Assembly: GCA_965197475.1 (NCBI GenBank)
Contig: CBDANF010000003.1
Span: 2,912,001 to 2,976,000, forward strand
Source: Candidatus Poribacteria bacterium
GTDB taxonomy: Bacteria; Poribacteria; WGA-4E; WGA-3G
Length of the DNA stretch: 64,000 nt
Direction: 5' to 3'
The position numbers were made by a program, and so were the translations under genes. Each line of letters starts with the position of its first letter. The stretch's first letter is position 1. A model generated the notes under the pieces. The model ran no database searches, had not been told where the DNA came from, and saw only the letters and a list, made by a program, of their open reading frames with translations. This document shows positions 1 through 10,964 of the stretch, one piece after another.

Positions 1-786
1 GCACGGAATATTGGTGTTAATCTCGAAAACGTATTGATTTCACAACCGGATTCTGGCGAACAAGCATTAGAGATTGTTGAAACTCTCATCCGAAGTGGTG
101 CGATCGATGTTGTCATTATTGACTCTGTTGCTGCCTTAACACCGCAAGCAGAAGTTGAAGGTGAGATGGGTGATACACATGTCGGATTGCTTCCACGCTT
201 GATGTCGAAGGCATTAAGAAAATTATCCGGTGTGACAAACAAATCAAAAACTTGCGTCATTTTCACCAATCAGATTCGTCAAAAGATCGGCATCATGTTT
301 GGGAATCCAGACACGACCCCGGGCGGACTTGCATTGAAGTTTCATACCTCTGTACGATTGGAAATCCGCCGTCCTACACAAATCAAAGAAGGACAAGATG
401 TGCTTGGGAACAGAGTCCGTGTCAAGGTCGTGAAAAACAAAGTAGCACCGCCCTTCAAAGAAGCGGAATTTGACGTGACTTTCGGCAAAGGTATATCGAA
501 AGAGGGTACCATTTTAGATATCGCTGTCGAAAACGGGTTTATTGATAAAAGAGGTTCATGGTTCTCATATAACAACGAACGGATAGGTCAAGGTCGGAAT
601 AATGTAAAAACCTATTTGGAGCAGAATCCTGATGTGGCGGCTGAACTTGATAAAAAAATTCGGGAGAACCTCAGTTCACTTTCCCAATCAGAATCTGTGG
701 CAGGATCCATTCCGGGCGTTGATGTTGTTGATGAGGAGATTGACACCGAATTTGAAGACACGTCTGATGACGACAATGAAAATTAG
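1..786 (+). CDS. recA: Recombinase RecA (5' end outside window)
   Basis: [40 protein letters not shown] and KNKVAPPFK are canonical RecA motifs; acidic C-terminal tail. Confidence 0.98.
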   Translation, partial: ARNIGVNLENVLISQPDSGEQALEIVETLIRSGAIDVVIIDSVAALTPQAEVEGEMGDTHVGLLPRLMSKALRKLSGVTNKSKTCVIFTNQIRQKIGIMFGNPDTTPGGLALKFHTSVRLEIRRPTQIKEGQDVLGNRVRVKVVKNKVAPPFKEAEFDVTFGKGISKEGTILDIAVENGFIDKRGSWFSYNNERIGQGRNNVKTYLEQNPDVAAELDKKIRENLSSLSQSESVAGSIPGVDVVDEEIDTEFEDTSDDDNEN

Positions 787-877
787 ATTTTTTGATTAGA
801 TGCCTCTTGTGGGAGGGGTTTTCAACCCGATTTATAGTGATACTTTATCCAAACTGAATACTACTTGTTGTTTTTTC

Positions 878-906
878 TTGATGTAAATTTTCCAACATGC
901 TATACT
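878..906 (+). promoter_or_regulatory. Putative sigma70 promoter for the proteasome operon
   Basis: TTGATG-N17-TATACT upstream of arc. Confidence 0.55.
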
Positions 907-991
907 TTTACACCAAAGGTTGGTCCGACAAAATCTGACCATTATTCTACCATACCATCAATCTTTTCAATGGAAAGTGAGAACTTCTTGT

Positions 992-2788
992 ATGGCTACC
1001 AAAAGAGAAACTTCATCTGAATTATTAAAAGGTCCCGATATTGAAGGGATTGAATCAGATACGGTTGACTACCCACAGTTGATCCGTGAGTTAAATTGGC
1101 AAATAGAGATGCTTCAAAACGAGGTGGGTGATCTGAGAAGACAACTCAGAGCCGCCCCGGATGAAGATGTTGATGCGCGCTTATACGAAATGACGCGTGA
1201 ACTGATGCAGGCGCACAGACGCAACCGAAAGCTCACAAGTACCCTCAAAGAGGCGAAAGAAAAAATTGAGCTTTTAAAAGAAAAGGTCGACCAACTCAGT
1301 GCGCCCCCGAACAACTACGGCATCTTCCTTGGTGCGAACGATGACAACACAATTGATGTTGACATCAGCGGGAAAAAATGGCGTGTTAACCTTGATCCCG
1401 CCATAAAAGCGGATCAAATACAAGTTGGGCAAGAGGTCATTGTCAATAGTGGCTTAAATGTCATCGCAATCAAACCGCCTGAAAAACACGGTGATGTTGT
1501 TAAGATAAAAGAGGTGCTTGAATCTGACCGTGCTATTGTCAACCTCAGAACAGATGAAGAACAAGTTGTGCGCGTTTCTGCAGCGTTGAAAGACGAAATT
1601 TTGAAGACAGGGGATAGCGTCTTATTGAATCATACCAGCGGGATGCTCCTCGAAAAACTGCCAAAACGTGAACTTGATGACCTACTGCTTGAGGAAGTGC
1701 CGGATATAAGTTATGCTGACATAGGTGGACTGGATACACAGATAGAGTCGATTCGAGATGCCATTGAAATGCCTTATCTTTACCCGGATGAGTACAAAGA
1801 ATTTGATCTGACACCACCGAAAGGTGTGCTGTTGTATGGACCCCCGGGATGCGGAAAAACATTGATAGCGCGGGCGGTGGCGAATAACCTCGCTGAAAGT
1901 ATCCGGCAAAAGACCGGTAAAGATGATGTCAGAGGATATTTTATAAATATTAAGGGACCCGAACTTCTCAATAAGTATGTCGGTGAAACCGAACGCAAAA
2001 TACGAGAAGTCTTCCAAAAGGCGCGTGACAAGTCCAAAGAGGGTTTTCCGGTTGTCATCTTCTTTGATGAAATGGATTCCTTGTTCCGATCACGCGGCAT
2101 GGGAATTTCATCCGACATGGAATCTACATTGGTCCCGCAGTTCCTCGCAGAAATTGATGGTGTAGAAAATTTACGCGATGTTATTGTTATAGGGGCAAGC
2201 AATCGACAAGATCTTCTGGACCCCGCTGTTTTGAGACCGGGTAGGCTTGACATAAAAATAAAGATTGATCGCCCCAACATGGACGGTGCTAAAGATATTT
2301 TTGCTATCTATTTAACACCGGATCTTCCGTTCGCAAAAGAAGAAATGGATAAATTTGATGGTGATACTGATAGTATTTCAGAACATCTCATCTCCGCTGC
2401 TGTGGACGAGATGTACGCGACTACAGATGAGAATAGGTTTATTGAAGTAATATACACCCGTGGTGAACGCGAAACCCTCTTTTTTAAGGATTTTGTGAGC
2501 GGGGCAATGATTAGGAACATTGTTTCACGCGCGAAAAAGACAGCAATTAAACGCTTAATTGATTCTGAAGGAAAGGAAAAGGGGATTTCACTTGACGATC
2601 TGAAGACCGCTATTCGAGAAGAGTATCGTGAAAACGAGGACCTACCGAATACCACTAATCCAGATGACTGGGCAAAGATTTCTGGCAGAAAAGGCGAAAA
2701 GATCGTCAACATTCGGGCACTGATCAATGAACCTGAAACGCGTCGAAAGTCTGAAGTGAGAGTCAGTAAGGGTGGAACTTACCTATAG
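992..2788 (+). CDS. arc: Proteasome-associated AAA ATPase ARC/Mpa
   Basis: N-terminal coiled coil, OB domains, Walker A GPPGCGKT, Walker B FFDEMD, NEDLPNTTNPDDWAKISG motif, C-terminal GTYL (HbYX-like); ATG at 992 chosen as start. Confidence 0.95.
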   Translation: MATKRETSSELLKGPDIEGIESDTVDYPQLIRELNWQIEMLQNEVGDLRRQLRAAPDEDVDARLYEMTRELMQAHRRNRKLTSTLKEAKEKIELLKEKVDQLSAPPNNYGIFLGANDDNTIDVDISGKKWRVNLDPAIKADQIQVGQEVIVNSGLNVIAIKPPEKHGDVVKIKEVLESDRAIVNLRTDEEQVVRVSAALKDEILKTGDSVLLNHTSGMLLEKLPKRELDDLLLEEVPDISYADIGGLDTQIESIRDAIEMPYLYPDEYKEFDLTPPKGVLLYGPPGCGKTLIARAVANNLAESIRQKTGKDDVRGYFINIKGPELLNKYVGETERKIREVFQKARDKSKEGFPVVIFFDEMDSLFRSRGMGISSDMESTLVPQFLAEIDGVENLRDVIVIGASNRQDLLDPAVLRPGRLDIKIKIDRPNMDGAKDIFAIYLTPDLPFAKEEMDKFDGDTDSISEHLISAAVDEMYATTDENRFIEVIYTRGERETLFFKDFVSGAMIRNIVSRAKKTAIKRLIDSEGKEKGISLDDLKTAIREEYRENEDLPNTTNPDDWAKISGRKGEKIVNIRALINEPETRRKSEVRVSKGGTYL

Positions 2789-2935
2789 CAGCGGATGTGG
2801 AAGTGCGTAGGTTTCGATCCCACTTCAGGGAGGCGTGCTTTGTAAGCGCGCTGATTGTCTGAACCAGAGCGTAGCGAAACCCAACATGTGTTTGAATCCG
2901 TATCTTGAATCACGTTATAAATACGAAAGAGAATA

Positions 2936-4423
2936 ATGGCAGTACCAACAATTATCGGCACCGAAACTGAATTCGGCATCTCTGTCAAAAATGCACGAGA
3001 GCAAGACCCGATAGCGGCATCAACATTAGTTGTAAACGCCTATAAAAGCCGTAACATTCCAACGATTTCATGGGATTACGCACAAGAAAGTCCATTGATG
3101 GATGCCCGCGGATTCATGGAAGAAGCGCAAAATACATCAGTGGAGGACGAGAACCACAATGTTATCAACGATATTTTGATAAACGGTGGTAGATATTATG
3201 TGGACCATGCGCACCCGGAGTACTGCACACCCGAATGCTCAAACGCTCGAGACCTCGTCAAATATGAAAAAGCAGGCGAACTCATTTTAGATTTAAGCCG
3301 TCTCACTGCAGAGCAGTTGCTACTGGATAACCAAGAAATTATTATCTACAAAAACAATACGGATTACAAAGGACATAGTTACGGAGCACATGAAAATTAC
3401 CTGATGTCGCGTAAGGTGCCATTTTCGGATATTGTTAACGGATTAACACCTTTCCTTGTAACACGTCAGATTATTACCGGAAGCGGTAAGGTGGGTGCAG
3501 AAAACGGGGCCGACGATACGGATTTCCAAATTTCACAACGAGCGGATTTCTTCGAAAAAGAGGTCGGTCTCAGCACAATGGTCGAACGCCCCTTGATCAA
3601 TACTCGCGATGAACCGCACGCAGATTCAAAACTTTATCGTCGGTTACATGTTATCGTCGGTGATTCAAACATGTCCGAATACGCTATCTACTTAAAAGTC
3701 GGTATTACGGCTATCGTCTTGCAATTAATAGAGAAAGGTGTCGTCGGTAATCAATTTGCTTTACAAGAACCTGTTGCGGTGGTAAAATCTGTATCACGTG
3801 ATCTATCCTGTAAAAACAAGATTGCGCTAAAAGATGGTCGCGAATGGACAGCAATAGAGGTTCAACGAGCGTATCTTGAACTTGCGCATCAATATCTGTC
3901 GGATGAGGAGCGAACTCCTATTGTTGAAGATGTCTTGGATAAATGGGAATTTGTCTTAAAAAGTTTACAAATGGATCCAATGTCATTAGGACAGCATTTA
4001 GATTGGATTATTAAGAAAAGACTCATTGATGCTTATGTAGCACGACACGATTTTAAATGGACTGACCCGCGTGTTCGGATGCTTGACCTTCAGTATCATG
4101 ACTTACGCCCGGATAAAGGACTTTACGCACGATTGCTCAAAAATGGACATGTTGAATGCATCTTAACGCATGAGGAAATTGTTCATGCAATTCAGCATCC
4201 GCCTTTAGACACGCGCGCATATTTTCGAGGCACATGTTTACGAAAATTTCCAAATAATATTCACAGCGTAAGCTGGAATTCAATTATTTTCAACGGTCCA
4301 ACCGGTTTTGATAAAATTATGATGGAACGTCCGCACTTTGGCACACAAGAAATTGTCGGTGAACTGCTAAACACCTGTACAGTCGATGAACTCGTGAACC
4401 AAATCCGAATTGACAGTAAATAA
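2936..4423 (+). CDS. dop: Pup deamidase/depupylase Dop
   Basis: GTETEFGI, NGGRYYVDHAHPEY, INTRDEPHAD, RLHVIVGDSN; lies between arc and pup. Confidence 0.93.
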   Translation: MAVPTIIGTETEFGISVKNAREQDPIAASTLVVNAYKSRNIPTISWDYAQESPLMDARGFMEEAQNTSVEDENHNVINDILINGGRYYVDHAHPEYCTPECSNARDLVKYEKAGELILDLSRLTAEQLLLDNQEIIIYKNNTDYKGHSYGAHENYLMSRKVPFSDIVNGLTPFLVTRQIITGSGKVGAENGADDTDFQISQRADFFEKEVGLSTMVERPLINTRDEPHADSKLYRRLHVIVGDSNMSEYAIYLKVGITAIVLQLIEKGVVGNQFALQEPVAVVKSVSRDLSCKNKIALKDGREWTAIEVQRAYLELAHQYLSDEERTPIVEDVLDKWEFVLKSLQMDPMSLGQHLDWIIKKRLIDAYVARHDFKWTDPRVRMLDLQYHDLRPDKGLYARLLKNGHVECILTHEEIVHAIQHPPLDTRAYFRGTCLRKFPNNIHSVSWNSIIFNGPTGFDKIMMERPHFGTQEIVGELLNTCTVDELVNQIRIDSK

Positions 4424-4517
4424 CTTTGTTGATTAGGGGTTTAACCCCGATGTTGATAATATGCGATAACGCAGGTATATGGGTTTTCGTAACCCAAACT
4501 TTAAAAAGGAGTACCAC

Positions 4518-4715
4518 ATGCCACGCGAAAAACAGCAAGAATACCGAGATCACCCCATCAATGAAAATGAGGAGATCCAACCTAATCCCGAACTCAATGA
4601 TAACGTTGACGAGTTGACTGAAGATTTAGACGCACTTCTTGATGAAATTGATGAGATTTTAGAAGAGGATTCCGAGGAATTCGTTGAAAACTATATCCAG
4701 CGGGGAGGGCAGTAG
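4518..4715 (+). CDS. pup: Prokaryotic ubiquitin-like protein Pup
   Basis: 65-aa acidic protein, LDALLDEIDEILEE..EEFVENYIQRGGQ; AGGAG RBS before ATG 4518. Confidence 0.93.
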   Translation: MPREKQQEYRDHPINENEEIQPNPELNDNVDELTEDLDALLDEIDEILEEDSEEFVENYIQRGGQ

Positions 4716-4717
4716 GA

Positions 4718-5509
4718 TTGCTCAAACCCGGTGACTATGGAACTTCCGATTTTTTGCAAATTCTGAAAAGCCGATATCCCGATCAGGTAGGTGACTGGAA
4801 CCGACTCAACGGGTTGCAGGATACCCTTCAACACAATTTTCTGGAGGGCACTACAGTCCTTGCACTTGTTTACAGTGATGGAGTTATCATCGCAGGAGAC
4901 CGCCAAGCAACAGAAGGCTACCAAGTCGGAGAGCGGCGGATTCAGAAAGTTTATAAAATCGATCAGCATTCCGCAATTGCTGTTGCTGGTGTCGCAGGGC
5001 CCTGTATTGAAACAGCAAAACTTTTCCAAGTTCAAATTGAATTTTATGAAAAGATAGAAGGGGCATCTTTGAGTTTAGATGGGCAAGCTAACTATCTGTC
5101 TACGCTCGTTAGATCAAATTTAAGTTTAGCCATGCAGGGGCTTATTGTTTTGCCGATTTTTGCTGGCTATGACTTAAAACAGGGGAAGGGACGAATTTTT
5201 AAGTACGATGCACTGGGCGGACGTTACGAGGAAGATACTTATTATGCTATCGGTTCCGGTGGGAAAGATGCCCGCTCAACACTAAAAAAGTTGTATCAAC
5301 CGCAGATGTCAAAACAGTCCGCGCTAAATGCAATTGCAGAAGCTCTCTGGGATGCAGCAGATGAGGATATTGCGACTGGTGGTCCAGATTTAATTCGCAA
5401 AATCTTTCCAACCTTGACGATAATTACAGAAGAAGGTGTTTCCGATATCCCGGATGACACCGTTGCAGAGTTGTTCCGGGAGTTAATTTCCCGCTTAGAA
5501 CACCCGTAG
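4718..5509 (+). CDS. prcB: 20S proteasome beta subunit
   Basis: Propeptide then G/TTVLAL (catalytic Thr), AGDRQAT, GSGG, D..TGGPD. Confidence 0.95.
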   Translation: MLKPGDYGTSDFLQILKSRYPDQVGDWNRLNGLQDTLQHNFLEGTTVLALVYSDGVIIAGDRQATEGYQVGERRIQKVYKIDQHSAIAVAGVAGPCIETAKLFQVQIEFYEKIEGASLSLDGQANYLSTLVRSNLSLAMQGLIVLPIFAGYDLKQGKGRIFKYDALGGRYEEDTYYAIGSGGKDARSTLKKLYQPQMSKQSALNAIAEALWDAADEDIATGGPDLIRKIFPTLTIITEEGVSDIPDDTVAELFRELISRLEHP

Positions 5510-5555
5510 ACGTGTTTAGCATGCGCGTTTTCGGTAGACCTTTCAGGGAGTATGA

Positions 5556-6266
5556 ATGTCTACACCTTACTACGTGTCGCCTGAACAGATTTGGGAAGAT
5601 AAAAAGGATTTTGTCCGTCGCGGGATTGAACAAGCAAAAGAGGTTGTCGCTTTAGCGTATAAAGATGGACTTTTGATGGTTGCTGAAAACCCACGTAAAA
5701 TGACCTTTAAAATTTCTGAAATTTATGACAAAATTGCACTTGCATCAACTGGTCGGGTTGCTGAATACGAAGCACTTCGGGTAGCAGGAATTCGTGAATC
5801 AGAAATAAAAGGATATACCTATTATCGGGAAGATGTCACCGGAAAATGGTTGACAAATCTCTATTCACAACACATGGGCGCGATCTCCCAGGCATGGGAC
5901 GCAAAACCTCTGGAGCTTGAATTGCTTGTGTGTGAGGTCGATGGAAATCCTGCCGTCGGCAACCAGATTTACTACATAGACTTTGACGGCACCTATCAGG
6001 AAGAGGAAAAATTTGCGGTAATAGGCGGTAGATCAGATGCTATCGCTGAGATACTTAAGGATACTTACACAGAAGGTTTGGAATTTGTTGAAGCATTACA
6101 ACTTGCCGCACGCACCTTTGAAACCATTGAAGCTGAAGAGTCGGAACCGTATGAGATATCGCCACAAACTATAGAAGTTGCGTGTCTTGACGCAACTACT
6201 GGACGCCGTAAATTTCGTCGGTTTTCCGTTGAAGCTATAGCTGAGATTTTTAACCATGCATCGTAG
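5556..6266 (+). CDS. prcA: 20S proteasome alpha subunit
   Basis: PYYVSPEQ..DK..F.RRGI, KISEIYDKIA, KPLELELLVCEV as in actinobacterial PrcA. Confidence 0.95.
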   Translation: MSTPYYVSPEQIWEDKKDFVRRGIEQAKEVVALAYKDGLLMVAENPRKMTFKISEIYDKIALASTGRVAEYEALRVAGIRESEIKGYTYYREDVTGKWLTNLYSQHMGAISQAWDAKPLELELLVCEVDGNPAVGNQIYYIDFDGTYQEEEKFAVIGGRSDAIAEILKDTYTEGLEFVEALQLAARTFETIEAEESEPYEISPQTIEVACLDATTGRRKFRRFSVEAIAEIFNHAS

Positions 6267-7617
6267 AATTTATGGTTTGGAAACCGAATACGGAATAATC
6301 TGTACCCCTGAAAAAAGCAGAGGTAAAAAACTCACGGTACAGAATGTTGTGATGTATCTGTTCCGTGAAATTATTTCTGGACGGATGTATCCCGATGTGT
6401 TTCTGGAAAACGGCGCACGGTTTTATCAAGACATTGGGTGCCACCCTGAGTACGCAACCCCCGAATGCGATGACGTGATTGAACTGGTCGCACACGATAA
6501 AGCGGGAGAGCGAATCGTCACGCGGCTTGCTACCACAGCTGAGCGTAGGATGCGAGCAGACGGTTTCCGAGGAAAAATCTCTATTTTTAAAAATAACTTA
6601 GATTCGGTAGGAAATACCTACGGCTGTCATGAAAACTATCTAATGGAGCGAGAAAAAGTTAGTTTCCGGCAGTTGGCATCACAACTCATCCCTTTTTTTG
6701 TCACCCGACAAATTTACTCAGGCGCGGGCAAAGTAAAACGAAGTGATCAAGGTTTCTATGAGATTTCACAGCGCGCACAACATATCCGAGAAGAAATTTC
6801 CATCGCTACGACCACAGCACGCGGCATTATCAACACGCGCGATGAACCCCACGCGGACCGAGAAAAATATCGGCGGTTGCATGTCATCGTTGGTGATTCT
6901 AATATGTCCGAATTTTCAACGTTTTTGAAAGTTGGCACAACTGGAATCATTCTCAGGATGATTGAAGACCATTTTATTGAAGAACATTTCGCACTACGCA
7001 ACTCTGTGCAAGCGATACATGAAATCTCTGAAGACATTACCTGCAAGCGACTTATTGAACTTGACAACGGAAAAAGACTATCTGCTATAGAACTTCAATG
7101 GCAATACTTTGAATGTGCAAAACGATATCTCGAACAGGCAGAATCAGACCCAACGACTGATGAGGTTATGGCGCGCTGGGAATACGTCATGACCTGTCTT
7201 GAAGATGATCCAATGCAATTAGATCGTGAACTTGACTGGATCATCAAGCGAAAGTGGATTGAAACTTATATCAAACACCGTTCTCTAAACTGGGATTCCG
7301 CAGAAGTGAAACGCCTGGATTTAGAATACCATAACATTCGACAAGATGCGGGTGTTTACTACAAAGCTGAAAAACGAGGTTTGACAGAACGGATTTTGGA
7401 CGATACTCAGATTCGTCGCGCCATGCATGCCCCGCCTGAAAATACCCGTGCTAAATTTCGCGGTAGATTTATCAAACTTGTTAATAATGGCAAAGTTTTA
7501 TGTGGCGTAAATTGGAGTTATATCCAACTGTATGAACCTTACCAAAAACTATATCTGTCTACTGACCCACTTAATCCGGAATTTGAAGAAGCAAGTCGAA
7601 TGATTTACTCAATTTAA
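6256..7617 (+). CDS. pafA: Pup-protein ligase PafA
   Basis: RRIYGLETEYG, FLENGARFYQDIGCHPEYATPECD, KNNLDSVGNTYGCHENY, INTRDEPHAD. Confidence 0.94.
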   Translation: MHRRIYGLETEYGIICTPEKSRGKKLTVQNVVMYLFREIISGRMYPDVFLENGARFYQDIGCHPEYATPECDDVIELVAHDKAGERIVTRLATTAERRMRADGFRGKISIFKNNLDSVGNTYGCHENYLMEREKVSFRQLASQLIPFFVTRQIYSGAGKVKRSDQGFYEISQRAQHIREEISIATTTARGIINTRDEPHADREKYRRLHVIVGDSNMSEFSTFLKVGTTGIILRMIEDHFIEEHFALRNSVQAIHEISEDITCKRLIELDNGKRLSAIELQWQYFECAKRYLEQAESDPTTDEVMARWEYVMTCLEDDPMQLDRELDWIIKRKWIETYIKHRSLNWDSAEVKRLDLEYHNIRQDAGVYYKAEKRGLTERILDDTQIRRAMHAPPENTRAKFRGRFIKLVNNGKVLCGVNWSYIQLYEPYQKLYLSTDPLNPEFEEASRMIYSI

Positions 7618-7747
7618 TCCTAAAACATCCGAATATAAAAATAACTATGAGTTAATATGCTTTACCTCAGCAAAATCCAATGCCAACCTTGACACGCACT
7701 CCCAGTTACGCTACAATGAAGATATCAGTGAATTACCGGAGGAACCC

Positions 7748-8338
7748 ATGGCAACTTCTGCAGTACAAACATACCTCACACCCGAAGAATATATTACTTT
7801 AGAACGCAAGGCGATACCTGACGCAGAAACAGTTAGAAGTGAGTACGTTAAGGGTAAAATAATCGCAATGTCCGGTGCAAGTCGAGAACACAATCTTATT
7901 ACCAGTAATATATCTGGTGAACTTCGCAATCTGCTGAAAGGTGGCGAATGCGAAACTTATGCAAACGAAATGCGGGTAAGTACACCCAGTACTTCATCCT
8001 ATTTCTACCCCGATGTCGTTGTCGTCTGCGAAGAACCACGTTTTGAAGATGATGTCTTTGATATACTTCTCAATCCAATTATTCTCGTAGAAGTTTTGTC
8101 ACCTTCAACAGAGGCTTATGATCGCGGTGAAAAATTTATTCACTACCGACAGCTGCCATCTTTACAGGAATACATCCTTGTTGCACAAGACAAGATTTGT
8201 GTTGAATGCTTCAGCCGCCAAGAGAACCAGTGGATTTTAACCGATTTTCAAAACCTTGAGGAACGCCTACCGCTTATTTCAGTCCAATCTGAACTGCCTT
8301 TGCGTGAAATTTATGATCGCGTAACATTTCCTGAATAA
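7748..8338 (+). CDS. Uma2 family endonuclease-like protein
   Basis: MSGASREH, YPDVVV, VEVLSPSTEAYDRGEKF; TTGACA-N17-TACAAT promoter at 7689-7717. Confidence 0.9.
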   Translation: MATSAVQTYLTPEEYITLERKAIPDAETVRSEYVKGKIIAMSGASREHNLITSNISGELRNLLKGGECETYANEMRVSTPSTSSYFYPDVVVVCEEPRFEDDVFDILLNPIILVEVLSPSTEAYDRGEKFIHYRQLPSLQEYILVAQDKICVECFSRQENQWILTDFQNLEERLPLISVQSELPLREIYDRVTFPE

Positions 8339-8351
8339 GTATAGGCGAACT

Positions 8352-10043
8352 GTGAAAGATACTACATTTATGCCAAAACAGAACTTCAACGAAAAACTGA
8401 TCGCACTCCTCAAAACCCATCCCGAATTTACTGACGAATCAGATGAACTCCTCCCCGCTGCAGTCAAAGACCACGCATGGCAACTCAACCACAACCTCAT
8501 CAGGTTACTTCTTTCCGACCCAGAGATAAAAACAACCTTCTTTGACGAAATTGACGGACATTGGGTTTTTAACCACAACACCTTCATTGATTATATCGAT
8601 GAAAAGAATTTCCTCGCCAATTCCTATACCCAATTCCGCAACAAAATCGGCTTGAACATTGATGGTAGGTTTCTCCGAGAACGCGGCGAAGTCTCACTTG
8701 TGTGGCCCTACAAAGATTGCGTGCTTGAGGGCGGACAAACAAAGGAGGAGGAGAAACGGAAAGAGATATTTTTCAACGAAATCCTCGCGCAAGACGAAAT
8801 CAACCGCATGTTTGATCCGAAGGTACTTACTAATTGGAAACGCCACACCGCCACAGGTGAACAGGATGTAACAGAGATCCAACGCGATGACAAGGGCATT
8901 ATCCGCGAAAACCTTATCATCAAGGGCAATAACCTCATTGCACTTCACACCCTTAAACAGCAGTTCCGCGGACAGGTTAAACTGATTTACATTGACCCCC
9001 CTTTTAACACTGGAAACGATTCATTTGGTTATAACGACTCATTCAACCATTCCACCTGGCTAACGTTTATGAAGAATAGACTGGAAGTGGCTAAAGAATT
9101 GTTAAAAGATGATGGTTCAATCTATGTTCATCTTGATGCCAATGAAGTCCATTATTGTAAAGTATTGATGGATGAAATTTTTGGTAGAGGCAATTTTCAG
9201 CGAGAAATTATTTGGCGGATTGGTTGGGTATCAGGTTTCAAAACAACAGTGAAGAATTGGGTCAGAAATCACGATACAATTCTGTTTTATACAAATAAAA
9301 AATTGTTTTTTAATAAGGAGTATATCCCATATCCAGAGAATTATGTGCGTAGGGATGGAAGTACTCCAGATGGAGTAGGACAAGCCATAGAAGATACTTG
9401 GAATTGCAGTGAGTTGGACAAACTTGATTCAATTCAAATTAAGAGTTTTGGTAAAGAGAAAACTGGTTTTCTTACTCAAAAAAATGAAGAATTGTTAAGA
9501 CGTATAATATTTTCTGCGACAAATGAAAGTGATATTATCCTTGATTTTACTGCGGGAAGTGGCACAACAAATGCAGTTGCTCACAAAATGAACAGACAAT
9601 ACATTGGCATTGAACAGTTAGGGAAAGGCGTAGTTTATACAATTGAACGCTTAAAAAAAGTAATTGCTGGTGATCAATTTGGTATCTCTAAATCGGTTAA
9701 TTGGCAGGGTGGTGGTGATTTCATCTATTGTGAACTGAGGAAATACAACCAAGCATATATGGACAAAATCCAAGCCGCGCAATCCTCTGAAGAACTTGTT
9801 GCACTCTGGAAAGACATCGCCCAAAACTCGTTCCTTAACTGGTATGTCAATGCAGAAACGCCACAAGAAGCGGTAGACGATTTCATCAAAATTGATGACC
9901 TTGAAGCACAGAAACATTGCTTGGTAGAATTGCTGGATAAAAATCAACTCTATGTCAACCTCTCCGAAATAGAGGATACGGATTTTGGTGTGAGTGAGGA
10001 AGATAAGGCGTTGAATAAGACGTTTTATGGGGGTTCTTCGTAG
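8352..10043 (+). CDS. mod: Type III restriction-modification methyltransferase (Mod, beta class)
   Basis: NLIIKGNNL, IYIDPPFNTG (motif IV), LDFTAGSGTT (motif I), WQGGGDF. Confidence 0.9.
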   Translation: MKDTTFMPKQNFNEKLIALLKTHPEFTDESDELLPAAVKDHAWQLNHNLIRLLLSDPEIKTTFFDEIDGHWVFNHNTFIDYIDEKNFLANSYTQFRNKIGLNIDGRFLRERGEVSLVWPYKDCVLEGGQTKEEEKRKEIFFNEILAQDEINRMFDPKVLTNWKRHTATGEQDVTEIQRDDKGIIRENLIIKGNNLIALHTLKQQFRGQVKLIYIDPPFNTGNDSFGYNDSFNHSTWLTFMKNRLEVAKELLKDDGSIYVHLDANEVHYCKVLMDEIFGRGNFQREIIWRIGWVSGFKTTVKNWVRNHDTILFYTNKKLFFNKEYIPYPENYVRRDGSTPDGVGQAIEDTWNCSELDKLDSIQIKSFGKEKTGFLTQKNEELLRRIIFSATNESDIILDFTAGSGTTNAVAHKMNRQYIGIEQLGKGVVYTIERLKKVIAGDQFGISKSVNWQGGGDFIYCELRKYNQAYMDKIQAAQSSEELVALWKDIAQNSFLNWYVNAETPQEAVDDFIKIDDLEAQKHCLVELLDKNQLYVNLSEIEDTDFGVSEEDKALNKTFYGGSS

Positions 10044-10095
10044 CGCAAACTTTTAGTTTGCGTGCTAAGATGCACAAACTGAAAGTTTGTGCTAC
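10040..10095. repeat. GTAG-type REP doublet (inverted pair)
   Basis: GTAGCGCAAACTTTTAGTTTGCG...CACAAACTGAAAGTTTGTGCTAC; related copy at 58974-59028. Confidence 0.75.
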
Positions 10096-10121
10096 AATAG
10101 ACTTTGCTGCATGCTACTTTT

Positions 10122-10964
10122 ATGGAGAATAGACAAACCTCTGGGACACTCACTTCAATCCGTCACTATTTTGTAGACGAAGGTGGAGACAGTGTCCTCT
10201 TTTCCAAGACAGGGAAAGCATTAGTCGGCACAGAAGGATGTTCCCGATTTTTCATACTCGGTTTATTAGATGTGCCGAATCCAGTGGTGTTAAAAGACCG
10301 TTTTGATGAATTGCGGGAGCGACTCATCAATGATTCTTATTTTAAGAACGTACCATCTATGCAGCCAAATGAACGAAAAACAGCAATTGCATTCCACGCG
10401 AAAGATGATTTGCCAGAAGTCCGCAGGGATGTATTTCAGATTTTACGTGATACTGGGGGACTACGTTTTTTTGCTGTCGTTGCCGATAAATTGAGCGTAC
10501 TTGAATACGTCCGGCAACGCAACAAACGGGAACCCGATTATCGCTATCATCCCAATGAACTTTACGACTATTTGATGGGACGTTTGTTCAAAGAGAGATT
10601 AGGTCAGCATAATAGGTTTAATATTATTTTCTCAAAACGAGGCAAATCTAACAGATTTGACGCTTTGCAGAAACTGGTTGAAACTGCATCCGATTCTCTG
10701 ATACAAGAACCGGACAGCGGCAACAATCCCGTTACCTATGTGTCTGCCGCAACACCAAAGGAACATGCAGGTTTGCAGGCTGTCGACTATTTTGTTTGGG
10801 CATTACAGAGACTCTATGAGCGAGATGAGGAGCGATATCTGCTATATCTATGGGACGCTTTTCGACTTGTACACGATATTGATGACATACGGGAATCCGG
10901 TAATGGTGTCTATTATACACAGAACAAACCGCTGACAGCAGAAGTTCTACAGTGGAGAAAATAG
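10122..10964 (+). CDS. DUF3800 domain protein (RNase H-like fold)
   Basis: YFVDEGGD at N-terminus, FHAKDD, GLQAVDYFVWA near C-terminus. Confidence 0.85.
   Translation: MENRQTSGTLTSIRHYFVDEGGDSVLFSKTGKALVGTEGCSRFFILGLLDVPNPVVLKDRFDELRERLINDSYFKNVPSMQPNERKTAIAFHAKDDLPEVRRDVFQILRDTGGLRFFAVVADKLSVLEYVRQRNKREPDYRYHPNELYDYLMGRLFKERLGQHNRFNIIFSKRGKSNRFDALQKLVETASDSLIQEPDSGNNPVTYVSAATPKEHAGLQAVDYFVWALQRLYERDEERYLLYLWDAFRLVHDIDDIRESGNGVYYTQNKPLTAEVLQWRK

Noticed and set aside
4518-4715. UBact rather than Pup
   Set aside because: The C-terminus is YIQRGGQ with the LDEID..LEE core, which is Pup-type
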